Below, piece by piece: positions 24,990 to 40,152 of a stretch of DNA of 64,000 nucleotides. This DNA comes from Eledone cirrhosa (lineage: Eukaryota), in the NCBI GenBank assembly GCA_964016885.1, contig OZ024748.1, positions 53,072,001 through 53,136,000 of the forward strand, written 5' to 3'. The notes under the pieces are model-generated. The model was not told where the DNA came from and made no database searches. It was given only the letters and a program-made list of their open reading frames with translations. The position numbers and the translations under genes are program-made. Position 1 is the stretch's first letter. Each line of letters begins with the position of its first letter.

Positions 24990-25470
24990 TAATTGTTTCT
25001 ACGTTAGGCACAAGGCCAGCAAATACCCAGTACATTACTGGTACTTTATTTTATCGACCCCGTAAGGATGAAAGGCAAAGTTAACCTCGGCGGGATTTGA
25101 ACTCAGAATGGCAAGGGCCGTAACTCTATGCGTCAAAGCATGGAATCCGACCCTCTGCCGATACTGCCAATCCACCAAGGCTTAGTGGTTAGGGTCTATA
25201 GTTTGATTCCTGGTGATGAATTGTGTCCTTGAGCAAGACACTTTATTTTATATTGCTCCAGTCCATTCAGCTAGTAAAAATGAGTTGTACATGTAATTGT
25301 AAGTGCCAGCCTTGTCACACACTGTGACACACTGAATCTCCCTGAGATTTATGTTAAGGGTACACGTGTCTGTGGAATATTTAGTCACCTGCTCGTTAAT
25401 TTCATGAGCAGGTTGTTTCATTGGTAAAAACAACTGGAATACTCATCTTCAGGGATGACAGCGTTCCAGC
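24990..25470. mobile_element. SINE family 1 (-, 24990-25176) head-to-head with a family 2-type SINE (+, 25178-25470)
   Basis: Family-diagnostic motifs on opposite strands. Confidence 0.75.
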
Positions 25471-25472
25471 AC

Positions 25473-26566
25473 ATAGTGTAGTATAGTGTAGTGTATTGTA
25501 ATATAGTGTATTGTAGAGTAGTGTAGTGTAGTGTAGTGTAATGTAGTGTATTGTAGTGTAGTGCAGTGTAGTGTAGTGTAGTGTAGTGTAGTGTAGTGTA
25601 GTGTAATATAGTGTATTGTAGAGTAGTGTAGTGTAGTGTAGTGTATTGTAATATAGTGTATTGTAGAGTAGTGTAGTGTATTGTAGAGTAGTGTATTGTA
25701 GTGTAGTGTAGTGTATTGTATTGTAGTGTCTTGTAGAGTAGTGTATTGTAGAGTAGTGTATTGTAGTGTAGTGTATTGTAGTGTAGTGTAGTGTATTGTA
25801 GAGTAGTGTAGTGTATTGTAGTGTAGTGTATTGTAATATAGTGTATTGTAGAGTAGAGTAGTGTATTGTAGTGTAGTGTAGTGTAGTATAGGGTAGTGTA
25901 GTGTAATATAGTGTAGTTTAGTGTAATGTAGTGTAGTGTAATATAGTGTAGTGTAGTGTAATATAGTGTAGTGTAGTGTGATGTAGTGTAGTGTAGCTCA
26001 GTGTAGTGTAGTGTAGTGTAGTGTAGTGTAGTGTAGTGTAGTGTAGCTCATTGTAGTGTAGTGTAATGTAGTGTAATGTAGTGTAGTGTAGTGTAGTGTA
26101 GCTTATTGAAGTGTAGTGTAGTGTAGTGTAATGTAGTGTAGTGTAATGTAGTGTAGTGTAGTATAGTGTGATGTAGTGTAGTGTAGTGTAGCTCATTGTA
26201 GTGTAGTGTAATGTAGTGTAGTGTAATGTAGTGTAGTGTGGTGTAATGTAGTGTAGTGTAGCTTATTGAAATGTAGTGTAGTGTGGTGTGGTGTAGTGTA
26301 GTGTAATGTAGTGTAGTGTAGTGTAGTGTAGTGTGGTGTAGTGTAATGTAGTGTAGTGTAGCTTATTGAAGTGTAGTGTAATGTAGTATAATCTAGTGTG
26401 GTGTAGTGTAGTGTGGTGTGGTGTAGTGTAGTGTAGTGTAATGTAGTGTAGTGTAGCTTATTGAAGTGTAGTGTAGTGTAGTATAATGTAGTGTAGTGTA
26501 GTGTAGTGTAGCTTATTGAAGTGTAGTGTAGTGTAATGTAGTATAATGTAGTGTAGTGTAGTGTAA
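25473..26566. repeat. (GTAGT)n pentanucleotide array
   Basis: About 1.1 kb of gtagt with gtatt and gtaat variants. Confidence 0.95.
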
Positions 26567-26672
26567 TCTATTTATTTCTGTTCTCTGAATGCAAATCACA
26601 TTGCAGTCAACTTTGTTTTTCATCCTTTTGAGGTCAATAAATTAAGTACCAGTCCTATACTTGGTCAATTCT

Positions 26673-26704
<32 letters not shown>

Positions 26705-27677
26705 GAAATCAGTTGTTTTCAGACCTGGAGAAGGATGAGCTCTACCAGACTTTAAGTGTCCTGACAACTTCATTAGGAGTTATAGGTCAAGGATGATGGT
26801 TAGCTACATCTCATCATTTGGAATTATTGAATGTGATGTTGGAATGGTAAATAGTACATATGTCTGGGGAAGTTGTTTTGCTGTTGAAGACATCATGTGT
26901 TTTTTATGTTAGATTTGTAAGCAGCGTGGAGGGTTGATTGTAGTGGTCTAAAGTTGTGATAGGATTTGAGGAAGGCAAGGAAAGGGTTAGTGAGGTCAAG
27001 GGTTGGTCTATCTAGAAATGTTGAAGGTGGTGTGTTTGTATGGCACACTCGGTTTATAGACAAGGTACTTAATTAAATTGTAAAATCTCACCTAACTTGT
27101 CTACATAACTGTGGATAGGAAGAGGGGAGGGGGGAAGAGAGATAGAGAGGGAGACCAAGACAGTGATGGAAAGAGCGCGAGTGAGGGAGAGAAAGAGGGA
27201 GAGGGAGACAAAGAGAGAATGTGGGAGGGAGTGAGGGGAGAAGAGAGAAAGCATGAAAGAGAGATAGAGTGAGAAAGATTGAGGGAGAGAAAGAATGAAA
27301 GGTTGAGAGGAGAGAGACAAAAGGAGAGAAAGAGTACATTGAGAGAAAGAGAGTGCAAGTGAAAGAGTGAAAGAGAGAGAGAGTGAGAAAGAGTGAAAGA
27401 GAGAGAGAGTGAGAAAGAGTGAAAGAGAGAGAGAGTGAGAAAGAGTGAGAGAGAGAAATTGATAGAATAGGAAGATAGAATTATTTAAAAAAATGTCACT
27501 GACACACATAAATACATACACATAGACACACTGACACATATATATATATATACACATAGACACATTGACACATATATATATATATATATACATACACATA
27601 GACACACTGACACATATATATATATATACATACACATAGACACATTGACATATATATATATATATACATACACATAG

Positions 27678-27716
<39 letters not shown>

Positions 27717-27731
27717 CACATAGACACGCTG

Positions 27732-27762
<31 letters not shown>

Positions 27763-27784
27763 CACATAATCACACTGACACATA

Positions 27785-30200
27785 TACCACTAACAACACC
27801 ACCACCACCATCATCACAATCATCACCATCATTACCATCACCACCACCACCATTATCATCACCAACATCATCACAATCTTCACCCCACTACCACCGCCAC
27901 CACCACCACCACCGCCGCCACCACCATTACCACCACCACCACCACCATTACCATTACCACCACCACCACCACCATTACCACCACCACCACCACCACCACC
28001 ATTACCACCACCACCACCACCACCACCACCACCACCACCACACTACCACCACCACCACCACCACCACTACCACCACCACTACCACCACCATTACCACCAC
28101 CACCACCACCACCACCACCACCACCACCACCACCACCACCACCACCACACTACCACCACCACCACCACCACTACCACCACCACTACCACCACCATTACCA
28201 CCACCACCACCACCACCACCACCACCACCACCACACTACCACCACCACCACCACCACCACTACCACCACCACTACCACCACCATTACCACCACCATTACC
28301 ATCACTACCATCACTACAACCACCAGCCATCATTACCCCCACCACCACCATTACCACCACCATCATCACAATCACTACCATCACTACAGCCATCATTACC
28401 CCCACCACCACCATTACCACCACCATCATCACAATCACTACCATCACTACAACCACCAGCCATCACCACCACCACCACCACCACCACCACCACCATCACT
28501 ACCACCATCATCACAATCACTACCATCACTACAACCACCAGCCATCACCACCACCACCACCACCACCACCACCACCATCACTACCACCATCATCACAATC
28601 ACTACCATCACTACAACCACCAGCCATCACCACCACCACCACCATCACTACCACCATCATCACAATCACTACCATCACTACAACCACCAGCCATCACCAC
28701 CACCACCACCACCACCATCACTACCACCATCATCACAATCACTACCATCACTACAACCACCAGCCATCACCACCACCACCACCATCACTACCACCATCAT
28801 CACAATCACTACCATCACTACAACCACCAGCCATCACCATCACCACCACCACCACCACCACCACCACCACCACCATCACTACCACCATCATCACAATCAC
28901 TACCATCACTACAGCCATCATTACCACCACCCCCACCTCCCACCATCTCAGTCAATCACCAAAACTAATTAACACCACCAGTCTCCCCAGTCCTGACCAA
29001 CTGACCAACTGACCAACTGACCAACTGACCAACTGACCAACTGACCATCTAATACTCAAGCCATTTGATGGTTGCTCCAATCTCAATAACAATATCAAAA
29101 TAGAGCAAAAACAAATAAAAACAATAACATACATGTGATATTGTTTGTTGTTGTTGTTGTTGTTGTGGTGGTTGGGGGGTGTTGTGGTGGTGGTGTTGGT
29201 AGTGGTGGTGTGGTGGTGTTGGTAGTGTTGTGGTGTTGGTAGTGTGGTAGTGTGGTGGTGGTGGTGTTGGTAGTGTTGTGGTGGTGTTTGGGGGGTGTTG
29301 TGGTGTTGGTAGTGTTGTGGTGGTGGTTGGTGGTAGTGTGGTAGTGTGGTGGTGGTGGTGTTGGTAGTGGTGTGGCGGTGTTGGTAGTGGTGTGGTGGTG
29401 GTGTTGGTAGTGTTGTGGTGGTGGTTGGTGGTAGTGGTGTGGTGGTGGTGTTGGTAGTGTTGTGGTGGTGGTAGTGTGGTAGTGTGGTGGTGGTGGTGTT
29501 GGTAGTGTTGTGGTGGTGGTTGGGGGGTGTTGTGGTGGTGTTGGTAGTGTTGTGGTGGTGGTTGGTGGTAGTGTGGTGGTGGTGTTGGTAGTGGTGTGGT
29601 GGTGTTGTGGTGGTGGTGGTGGTTGGTTGTAGTAGTGTGGTGGTGGTGGTGTTGGTAGTGTTGTGGTGGTGGTTGGTGGTAGTGTAGTAGTGTGGTGGTG
29701 GTGTTGGTAGTGGTGTGGTGTGGTGGTGGTATTGATAGTGTTGCGGTGGTGGTAGTGTGGTATTGTGGTGGTGGTGTTGGTGGTAGTGTGGTGGTGGTGT
29801 TGGTAGTGTTGTGGTGGTGGTTGGTGTGGTAGTGTGGTGTGGGTAGTGATGTTGTTGGTGTGGTGGTGGTGGTGGTGGTGTGGTGGTGTTATGGTAGTGG
29901 TGGTGTGGGTTTTGGTGGTGGTGGTGGTGATGGTGTTGTCGTGGGTGGTCATGTTGTTGGTGTGGTGGTGGTGTGGTGGTGTGGTCATGTGGTTGTGTTA
30001 TGGTAGTGGTGGTGATGGTGTTGTTGTGGGTGGTGATGTTGTTGGTGTGCTGATGGTGGTGGTGGTGTGGTGGTGTTGTGGGTTTTGCTGGTGGTGGTGT
30101 GGTGGTGTGGTCATGTGGTTGTGTTATGGTAGTGGTGGTGATGGTGTTGTTGTGGGTGGTGGGTGTTGTTGGTGTGGACTTTGGTGGTTTAGTGCTGATA
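27785..30200. repeat. (CAC/CAT)n tract, (CTGACCAA)n at 28993-29047, then (GTG)n tract
   Basis: Simple repeats. Confidence 0.9.
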
Positions 30201-30248
30201 ATGTGGTGTTGGCGGTGTTCTTGTATATATATATACAAGAACATATAT

Positions 30249-30387
30249 ATAGGAAAATGTATGACCCCGACGGCTTAAGCTCTGCCGTCGGGGTCATACA
30301 TTTTCCTATTACCCACACTACTACCCTAAGTATTGAGTACTCTGGTGCGTTATGGTCCATCTGGTTCCTTACAACAACTCCTTTGTT
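30249..30387 (+). mobile_element. Family B copy 2 (short fold-back)
   Basis: Palindrome 30249-30309 centred at 30279; same unique arm; TA flanks. Confidence 0.85.
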
Positions 30388-30879
30388 ATATATATATACA
30401 TCTCCCTTGCAATCCTTTGAGGCAATACCTTTTCTATCCTCTGCCGCAAGACCACGAGGTGGGGGAGCTGTTTCAGTGTGTCTCCTTACTATCCTCTGGG
30501 ACAATATCTACTCCATCCTGTACCCCAGGACCATAGTATGTCTCCCTTGCCATCCTCTAGGACAATGTCTTCTCCATCGTGTCTGCCAGGACCACAAGGT
30601 AGAGGGGCTGTTACAGTTTGCCTCCTTTGCTATCTTCTGGGACAATATCTTCTCCATCCTGTACCCCAGGACAAATGAAATAAATTGACTTGAACAGGCC
30701 TTGATAGATTTGAAAATATCCATTATGGAAGTGAAATTATAATAGATATATTTCTTTCTTTATTTTTTTTTATTATTTCTTTATTTATTAATAGATAAGA
30801 ACTAAGAATGAATTCAACTTTTTTTTCATTTTTATGGGTTTAATAAAGGAAATACTAATATACAAATAAAACAGATTAT

Positions 30880-31200
30880 AATTGTTTCTACTTATGGCAC
30901 AAGGCCAGCAATTATCCCAGTGTATGACTGGTACTTTATTTTATCGACCCCCGTAAGGATGAAAGGCAAAGTTAACCTCGGCGGGATTTGAACTCAGATT
31001 ATAATGTCTTAGAGGTTTAGTGGTTAGAGAATTGGATTTACAACCTCATGATTGTGAGTTCGATTCCCAGATCAGATGATACGTTATGTCCTTGAGCAAA
31101 ACACTTTTTTTCACATTGCTCTTTCTGCCAGGAGTTGTGACCTGTAGAGAGTATTAGCAATGGAAAGACCAATAGAAGCATTGTATCTTTGGTTTGATTT
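30880..31200. mobile_element. SINE family 1 fragment (-) followed by a family 2-type SINE head (+)
   Basis: Diagnostic motifs; the second part resembles 53557-53775. Confidence 0.7.
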
Positions 31201-32237
31201 GATGAGTTCCACCCAACTCAGTAAGCAAATAAAGTCTGAGATCTCATTGTTCATTTAAAAAAAATTAATTATGTTGTTTTATGTTTTGAGTTCAAATCCC
31301 GCTGAAGTTAATCCTGTATTTCATCTTCTTTCTGTGGTGTTGGGCAAGAATATGTATTATTTAATCAGTCACACTCTTCACTCTCTCTCTCTCACACACA
31401 CACACAAACACACAAACATATACACACAAACATACACACAAACACACAAACACACAAACATATACACACAAACATACACACAAACATATACACACAAACA
31501 TACACACACGCACACAAACATATACACACAAACATACACACACAAACACACAAACATATACACACAAACATACACACAAACACTCACACACAAACATATA
31601 CACGCGCACATACACAGAAACACTCACACACAAACACACAAACACACAAACATATACACACAAACATACACACACGCACACAAACACAAACATATACACA
31701 CAGACATACACACAGACACACAAACACTCACACACACAAACACACAAACACACACACACACAAACACTCACACACATACACAAACACACAAACACAAACA
31801 CACAAACATACACACACGTGCACACACATGCACACAAACACACATGCACGCACACAAACACACAGAAACACACACGTGCACACACATGCACACAAACACA
31901 CATGCACGCACACAAACACACAGAAACACACATATACGCACACATACACACAATCACACACACACATACACACACACACAAACAAACAGACACAAACACA
32001 CAACCACAACCACACACACACACACACAGTTTCTGGCCTTGTTCCTGTGTCAGAGATCAATGCTAAAGAGGTGGATGACAGAATCAGTAGATTGCATTGC
32101 TAAAGAAAATGCCTTCTGGTGTGTATCAGTTACATCCCATTACCAGCCAAAATCTTGGCTTCATTCAATCAAAAATATAGCCGCCTCTATAAAATCTGTG
32201 GTATTCTGTACATGTAAGAAGTCATCACCATCATCAC

Positions 32238-32289
<52 letters not shown>

Positions 32290-32485
32290 TTCTTCATCTT
32301 TACTACTACCTTTATAACTACTACTGTTGTTTTGTTGTTGTTGTTGTTGTTGTTATTATTGTTATTATCACTATTATCATTAAACATCATGCCATGCATG
32401 AAATTGGAAGATTAAAATGTTATTACGATAAATAGTTAAAGGCAAAATTGTTTCCGAGACATTTTTGAATATGTAAGAAAAACCA

Positions 32486-32524
<39 letters not shown>

Positions 32525-33416
32525 TTAACCAAAAAATGATGAAAGCAAATTTCATTTTTACAAAAAAAAAAAATTAATAAAAATATATATATATATATAT
32601 ATAAAATAATATAACAAAAAGAAGAGAGAAATATTTATATAAACTTATACAATAGCAAATATTTTACAACTATTATCACTACTACTATAACTATTATTAT
32701 TATTATACTATTTGTATATATTTTAAACAATTTTTTAACCTTTTTTTTTTCTAAGCAGAAAATTTTTGGGGCAGGAAGCATGCTACTGATTGAATTTAAA
32801 ATATATCCAGCTGAGTATAGCTTCGCAGCTATCACGCTAATAAATAGCTTAAGGATTTATCTCGCAAACTAAAGTAAAGTTTATGTTGTCATGAGGTGAC
32901 TTTATAAATATTTTTCACACTTCAGGAAGAAGTAGAGAAGATTTTTCATTTCAGTTCATAGTTTATTTTTCTCTTTTCCTTTGTTTTTCTTTTTTTCTTT
33001 TATTCTTTTTGTTTATTTTGCAATAATTTAACCAAGAAAGTAAAAAAAAAAAAATTATAAAAAATAATGAAAAAAACCACAAACCGACAAATAAAATAAA
33101 TTAAAATATAAAAAATATAAAATGAGATAACAAAAAATAAAATTAAATGAAATAAAAACAGTAAAAGTACATAAAAATAAAACAAAACAAACAAGAAATT
33201 CTCTGAAGCTTTAAATATTTCAAGAAAATTTCTTACTTTCACTTTCACTTTAAAGTTTTAATTTTTATATTGACATTTTTTAATATACATTTATGTGTTT
33301 ACTAAAGGTGGTAGTAGTGGTGGTGGTGGTGGTGGTAGTGGTGGTGGTGGTGGTAGTGATGGGGGGGGGGTAGTGGTGGTGGTGGTGTTAATGGTGATGA
33401 TGGTGTTCTTGCTAAT

Positions 33417-33860
33417 TGTTGTATTTGTGATGGTTGTATTTGTGGTGGCAGTGGTGGTGTTAATGGTGATGGTGGTGGGGGCGATGGTGGTGATGGTTGT
33501 ATTTGTGGTGGCAGTGGTGGTGGTGATGGTGCTGGTGGTGGTGGTGGTGGTGGTGGTGTTAATGGCGATGGTGGTAGTGATGGTGGTGGGGGCGATGGTG
33601 GTGATGGTTGTATTTGTGGTGGCAGTGGTGGTGGTGATGGTGCTGGTGGTGGTGGTGGTGGTGGTGGTGTTAATGGCGATGGTGGTAGTGATGGTGGTGG
33701 GGGCGATGGTGGTGATGGTTGTATTTGTGGTGGCAGTGGTGGTGGTGATGGTGCTGGTGGTGGTGGTGGTGGTGGTGGTGTTAATGGCGATGGTGGTAGT
33801 GATGGTGGTGGGGGCGATGGTGGTGATGGTTGTATTTGTGGTGGCAGTGGTGGTGGTGCC
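33417..33860. repeat. 111-bp higher-order minisatellite (~4 copies) within a (GTG)n field
   Basis: gcgatggtggtgatggttgtatttgtgg recurs at 33481, 33592 and onward at 111-bp spacing. Confidence 0.85.
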
Positions 33861-34426
33861 TTTGGCAATAATAGTGTTCTTGCTGATGGTTGTATTACAA
33901 TTAATGGTGGTGGTGGTGGTTGTGGTTGTGGTTGTGTTGTTTGTAGTGGTGATAGTGGTATTGCTGAGGGTTGTATTAGTAGTGGTGGTAGTGCGTGTGG
34001 TTGTGTTTGTGGTGGTGGTATTGCTGAGGGTTGTATTAGTGGTGGTGGTGTACTGGGTGTGTTTGTGGTGGTGGTACTGGGTGTGGTTGTGTTTGTGGTG
34101 GTGTTTGTGGTGGTTGTTACTTGTAGTGGTGATGGTGATATTGCTGTGGATTGTATTAATAGTGGTGGTGGTGGTGTTGCTGCAGATGGTTGTATTATTA
34201 TTAGTGGTGGTGATGAGGATTGTATTAGTAGTAGTAGTAGGGACTGCCAAAGTATATTCAATATAACACTTCAATGCTGGTGCCGCTACTGTTGTTGGTG
34301 TTGGTGGGGGAAAATACTTTTGTTGTGGGGGTATTTTTTTTAACAAATATTATTTTGTTTATTTTTATTTATTTATTATTTATCTATTTGTTTATCATGT
34401 TTTTTACAATATGTTTCCTCTCAGTG

Positions 34427-34478
<52 letters not shown>

Positions 34479-34625
34479 TAAACTTTTACATTTATGTTTT
34501 ATATTTAGGTATATTTGCCATTTGAACTCTTTGTCAATGATTAGGTAGGGGTGGGTGATGGTTAAGATTTTAAAATCTTTTTTTTCTAAATATTTTTCAT
34601 TGTATATTTTTCGTTGTATATACAT

Positions 34626-34661
<36 letters not shown>

Positions 34662-34958
34662 TGCTTGTGTTATTTGTTTATCTATATATTTTTGCTATGT
34701 TTATATATGTATTGCCTGTGTTATATATATATTGGGGTCTTTGTGTTAAATTTATTTTGTATTCACCGAATTTTTAAACTAGTTTTAAAGGAAGATTGAA
34801 AGAAATGAGACAAATAGCAATAATTAAAAAAATAACAGAGATTACTAAAAAAAAATGTTGATGAAAATCACTTTAATATATATGAAAAAAACATATATAT
34901 ATATAAACTTACATACACCCATACACATATAGATATAAATATATGTATGTATATACAT

Positions 34959-34990
<32 letters not shown>

Positions 34991-36364
34991 GTGTGTGTAT
35001 GGTTAAAATTTTTCTAGTCTCTCTTTTTTTTTGAGATCATAAAAACAAGTTAAGAATTTAAGTGAACTTGAGTCGATGTAAAGCAAAACAAGGACATTTT
35101 TGTGGGTATAGTTGTGGTTGTTGTTTTGGTGGTGGTTGTTGTGGTGGGTGTGGTGGTGGGTGTGGTTGTTGTTGTGGTTGTTGTTGTTGTTGTGGTTGTT
35201 GTGGTTGCTGTTGTTGTGGTTGTTGTTGTGATTGTGGCTGTGGGTTGTGGTTGTTGTGGTTGTGATTGTGTTTGTGGTTGTTGTTTTGGTTATTTGTTGT
35301 GGTTGTTGTTGTTGATGTGATTGTGGCTGTTGTTACGGTTGTGGCTAGAGGATGTGATAGAAGGAATGTTGCAGAAATGAGCAGGTGAAGGAGTATGGTA
35401 GATAATAGCGGTTGTGATGATTGTGGTGGTGGTGGTGGTGGTGGTGGTTGTGGGGATAATGGTGATGGTGGTGGTATTGATGGTGGTAGTAGAGGTGGTG
35501 ATGGTGGTGGTGGTGGTGGTAGTATTGATGGTGGTGATAGTGGTGATGGTGGTAGACGTGGTGGTGGTGGTAGTGGTGATGGTGGTAGAGGTGGTGGTAG
35601 TAGAGGTGGTGGTAGTGGTGATGGTGGTAGAGGTGGTGGTGATAGTGGTGATGGTGGTAGACGTGGTAGTGGTGGTGATGGTGGTAGAGGTGGTGGTAGT
35701 AGAGATGGTGGTAGTGGTGATGGTGGTAGAGGTGGTGGTGGCGATAGTGGTGATGGTGGTGGTGTTGATGGTATATAGTGGTGATAGTGGTAGACGTGGT
35801 GGTGGTGATAGAGGTGATGATGGTAGAGGTGGTGGTGATAGAGGTGATGGTGGTGGTCTTACTGGTAGTGATGGTAGTGGTAGTGGTGTTGTTTAGGCTG
35901 TGTGAAGATTATGGTGGTAATGATAGTAGTGATGTTAATAAAGGTGATAGTGGCAGTCAGGATAATGGTGAGAAGTTATATAGCCAAGGTAGGAAAAGGT
36001 TTATGCTGTAAGAACACTTATATGACAAACAAAGGACATCCAAGGAGGCCACATTTTGTGACAAAATAAAAACTCTCATATTGTTCCAGCGATCCTTACT
36101 TATATCATCAAATATAATTATAAATGTAAAGAAAGAAATACAAGCAGCTTTTTCTATGAGTCTTCTAATTACTTAAAAACAAAGACATTAAATATATTTG
36201 TTTCTACTTTTGGCACAAGGCCAGCAATTATCCCAGTGTATTACTGGTACTCTATTTGATCGACCCCGTAAGGATCAAAGGCAAAGTTAAGACATTAAAT
36301 ATAATGAAATGAACAAAGATATACTCCAATATGAAGGTTTGCCTTCAAATGTTGTGTTTCTTTC

Positions 36365-36975
36365 TAAAAGCCACACTTGGTCTTTGAGAAGGTCACACTT
36401 GGTATTTCAGGAAACCATACTCAGTCTTTCAGAAGGCCACACTTGGTCTCTCAGAGATCCGCACTCAGTCTTTCAGAGAGCCATACTCAGTCTTTCAGAA
36501 AGCCACACTCAGTCTTTCAAAAGGCCATACTTGGTCTTTCAAGAAACCACACTCAGTCTTTCAGAAGGCCACACTTGGTCTTTCAGAAAGCCACACTTGA
36601 TCTTTCAGAAAGCCACACTTGATCTTTCAGAAAGCCACACTTGATCTTTCAGAAAGCCACACTCAGTCTTTCAGAAGGCCATACTTAGTCTTTCAGAAGG
36701 CCACACTCAGTCTTTCAGAGAGCCACACTCAGTCTTTCAGAGAGCCAAGCTACACTTGGTCTTTCAGAGAGCCAAGCTACACTTGGTCTTTCAGAGGGCC
36801 ACACTCAGTTTTTCAGAAGGCCACATTCAGACTTTTACAAGGCCACAGTCTTTCATAGAGCCACACACAGTCTTTCACAAGGTCACACTTGGTCTTTCAT
36901 AGAGCCACACACAGTCTTTCAGAAGGCCACACTGTCATTCAGAGGACCACACACAATCTTTCACAAGGTCATAAG
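36365..36975. repeat. 22-bp minisatellite (CAGAAGGCCACACTCAGTCTTT)n
   Basis: Period 22 (tcttt at 36601, 36623, 36645). Confidence 0.95.
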
Positions 36976-37914
36976 TTCGCCATGCTGGGTTAATGTGTGT
37001 GTAGTGTGCTGTCTGAAGTATGGAGTGCATATGTGTATGTGTATGGTTTATGCATGTGAATGTGTGTGTGTGTATGGTATGTTATGTGTGAGTATGATAT
37101 GGTGTGTGTGCATGTGTATAAGGTATGGTATATGTATGATGTGTGAATGTGAAGTGTGTTGTGATTCATTAAAAGATATTTAGATAACCACTATAGTAGT
37201 AGATGTTACCATTACAATAGAGTTCTCCATACAGTGGCTCAGAAATTCCTGAAGAACAGCTTAAGGGGAAACATGAAAATAAAATTTGCTATGTTGTTCA
37301 TAAACCATCTACCATTTTACCATTGAACAATTAACACTCACCAACATACCACCCAGCCATCACCATCCATCAACATACCACCCAGCCATCACCATCCATC
37401 AACATACCACCCAGCCATCACCATCCATCAATGCAACTAAAACCTCTGCCAACATACCATCCAACCACAAGTTCTGATGACATACCATCGACCAGCATAG
37501 CATCTAACCACATCCATTCACCATCATCATACCATCTCACCACCACCACCACCATCCAACGATCACCTCCACCACCACTACACCATCCAAACACCGCACC
37601 ATCCAAACACCGCACCATCCAACCACCGCCATACCACTATTACCACCAACTACCAACAACATTTGCGTAACATTCCATATTTAGGTATCCAGATTAATGG
37701 TTTTTATATACACACCACTTGTATTATAGTATAGTTATGAATGTAGTAATAGCAGAGTATGCTAGGCAATTATTCTCACATCTCTTTCCAGAATCTATTT
37801 GTCAATTGTTGCATTCATCCACCGTAACCTCCACTCTCTCTCTCTCCCTCTCTCTCTTGCCTACACACTCATTCACACGCATACACCTGATACCCACTCA
37901 TACGCAAGAAGAAG

Positions 37915-38502
37915 AAGGTTTCCACTTTTGGCACAAGGCCAGCAATTACCCCACTGCATTACTGGTGCTTTATTTTATCGACCCCTCCTGGCCAGATTTG
38001 AAATCAGAACGCAAAGGGCCATAACTCCCATGCTGCAAAGAATGGTATCTGACGCTCTACCGAACTGCCAATCCACCGCCCTAATAATAATGGTTTCTTA
38101 TTTAGGCACAAGGCCAGCAATTTTGGGGGAGGGGAAAGTCGATTAAACCGACCCCAATACGTTACTGGTACTTTATTTTATCGACCCCCGTAAGGATGAA
38201 AGGCAAAATTAACTTCGGTGGGATTTGAACTCAGATCATAAAGGGCTGTAACTCTATTCTTGCAAGGCATGGCATCCGACTCTCTACCGATACTGCCAAT
38301 TCACCAATAATAATTGTTTTTACTTTTGGCACAAGGCCAGCAATTACCCAGTGTATTACTGGTACTTTATTTTATCGACCCCGTAAGGATGAAAGGCAAA
38401 GTTAACCTCGGCGGGATTTGAACTCAGTCTGTAAAGGGACGTAACTCTATGCTGGAAAGCATGGCGTCTGACGCTCTACCGATACTGCCAATCCACTGCC
38501 CT
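37915..38502 (-). mobile_element. Three tandem SINE family 1 copies
   Basis: ggcacaaggccagcaatt starts at about 37930, 38105 and 38328. Confidence 0.88.
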
Positions 38503-39273
38503 TTCACCAATGATAATATTAATAATAATAAGAAGAAGAAGAAAGTGGTTGTTGTGGTGTGAAATTAGGTGACATATTAAGTATTCTATCAGCGCATTTC
38601 CCTTGCCTTCCTCCTAAAAAAAAAAAAAAAATGTAAAGAAGTAGAGCAATACCGATATTACTTTCTCATTGAAAGAACGAAAGGATGTTACACTGGATGA
38701 CATTAAATATATCATTCAAGAATACAGAATGACAAAATAAAAGAAACAGAACAATGCTCAAATATGTTTGGCCCTGAAAGGATAGTATAGCTAACCTCTA
38801 CTTTAACAAGGAGAATTACCTAAAAGTAGTTGTGGCGCATATTGTGTTTATTTGTATGGTGTGTGTACTATGTGTATTTATTGTGTAAAATAATACGTTC
38901 TAACATGAAGACTGTAAATTTGGATTAAGAGGAAAGTCGATAATATTGACCTCAGTATTTAACTGGTATTTTATTTTATTGAAACCCACCCATCGAGAAG
39001 GGTGAACGGCAGGTTGAATTCAGAGTGCATTGTGTCACAATGAATGTTGTAAACCACGGATAAAGAGTAAAAGAAATTACAAAAATAATAATTTTTAATA
39101 AATGTTATGCATAGACCAGGGGGAAAGAAATGCCACTACGTCATCCCTTTTTCCTATTTCCAACCAGACAAGACTGAACAAATTAGAAGTAAATGAAACA
39201 AGTTTAAAAGAATAACTGAGAAATGCAGAACTCAAATCTAAGACGAATGGCTGATAAGACAGTACAATTTGGT

Positions 39274-39490
39274 AGGGCAAAATTGATAATTAAAACAAAA
39301 CAAAGTAATGTTTAACCGAGTATATTTCAACATGATATTTCAGGGCTAATACTCGCTTTTCAAATGTGAAACGAAAACGGTTTAACACAAAAACGAAAGT
39401 TTTCATTTCACATATGAAAAGAGAGTCAATCCCCGAAATTTACTGGGTAAAATATTAATTTGTTTTGTTTTATTTGTCATCCTTTGCCCT
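39274..39490. mobile_element. Old MITE-like fold-back element
   Basis: Imperfect ~95-bp arms, from agggcaaaattgataattaaaacaaaacaaa to tttgttttgttttatttgtcatcctttgccct. Confidence 0.6.
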
Positions 39491-39689
39491 TTATTTGTTT
39501 CTATTGCATTGTACCAGCTTTTGGAAACTTATCAGTAATTTATTATATATCTGACAATGCTTCTTAATAATTAAACTAAGACGAAAGGGTTCTTTGACTA
39601 CAATAAAAGACCAAAAACTTCATACCAGAAATTATAAGATACATATAATAAAACAATACAAAAAAAGTAATTGTTGAATATATGGAGGT

Positions 39690-40050
39690 TGTGAAGAAAC
39701 AATCAATCACATTATTTGTAGCTGGTTAGTATTTGTCCAAAATAAAGTATATAAAGAGACATGACAGAAGTTGGCGCTTTCATGCACTGGAAACTATGCC
39801 AGAATTAAAGAATATTCACAGAAAAGAGATGGTATAAATATAAATTATAAAGATTTTACAGTGTAACAACAAAGTAAACTAGACTATGTGATATGTTGAT
39901 TCATACAGACAGGGTGATTAAAGCAAATTAGCCAGATATTATTGCCAAAGCCCATCGGGAATGAAAAAAATATCTCTTCTAATTAATGTATCAATTCCAA
40001 CTGATGTAAATATCTCTGTGAATGAAATAGAGAAACTAATCCAAATATGA
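39690..40050 (+). pseudogene. Decayed RLE-type (R4/Dong-like) non-LTR endonuclease region
   Basis: Broken frames give KRHD, FMHWKLCQ, IHTDRVIKAN*PDI and LLINVSIPTDVNISVNEIEKL, matching the RH...PD-(D/E)xK pattern. Confidence 0.65.
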
Positions 40051-40152
40051 TTGAAATGTGTTTCTTTCTTCACAGAAGAAATCATATGATTTCTCTCGTT
40101 GGCAATGTTTGAAACTTTTGTCTGGTTTAATATCAAACTACTGTCCGATGTT

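Noticed and set aside
36365-36975. CRISPR-like appearance of the 22-bp array (also 16137-16366 and 47690-48562)
   Set aside because: The units are contiguous with no unique spacers, there are no cas genes, and the context is eukaryotic.
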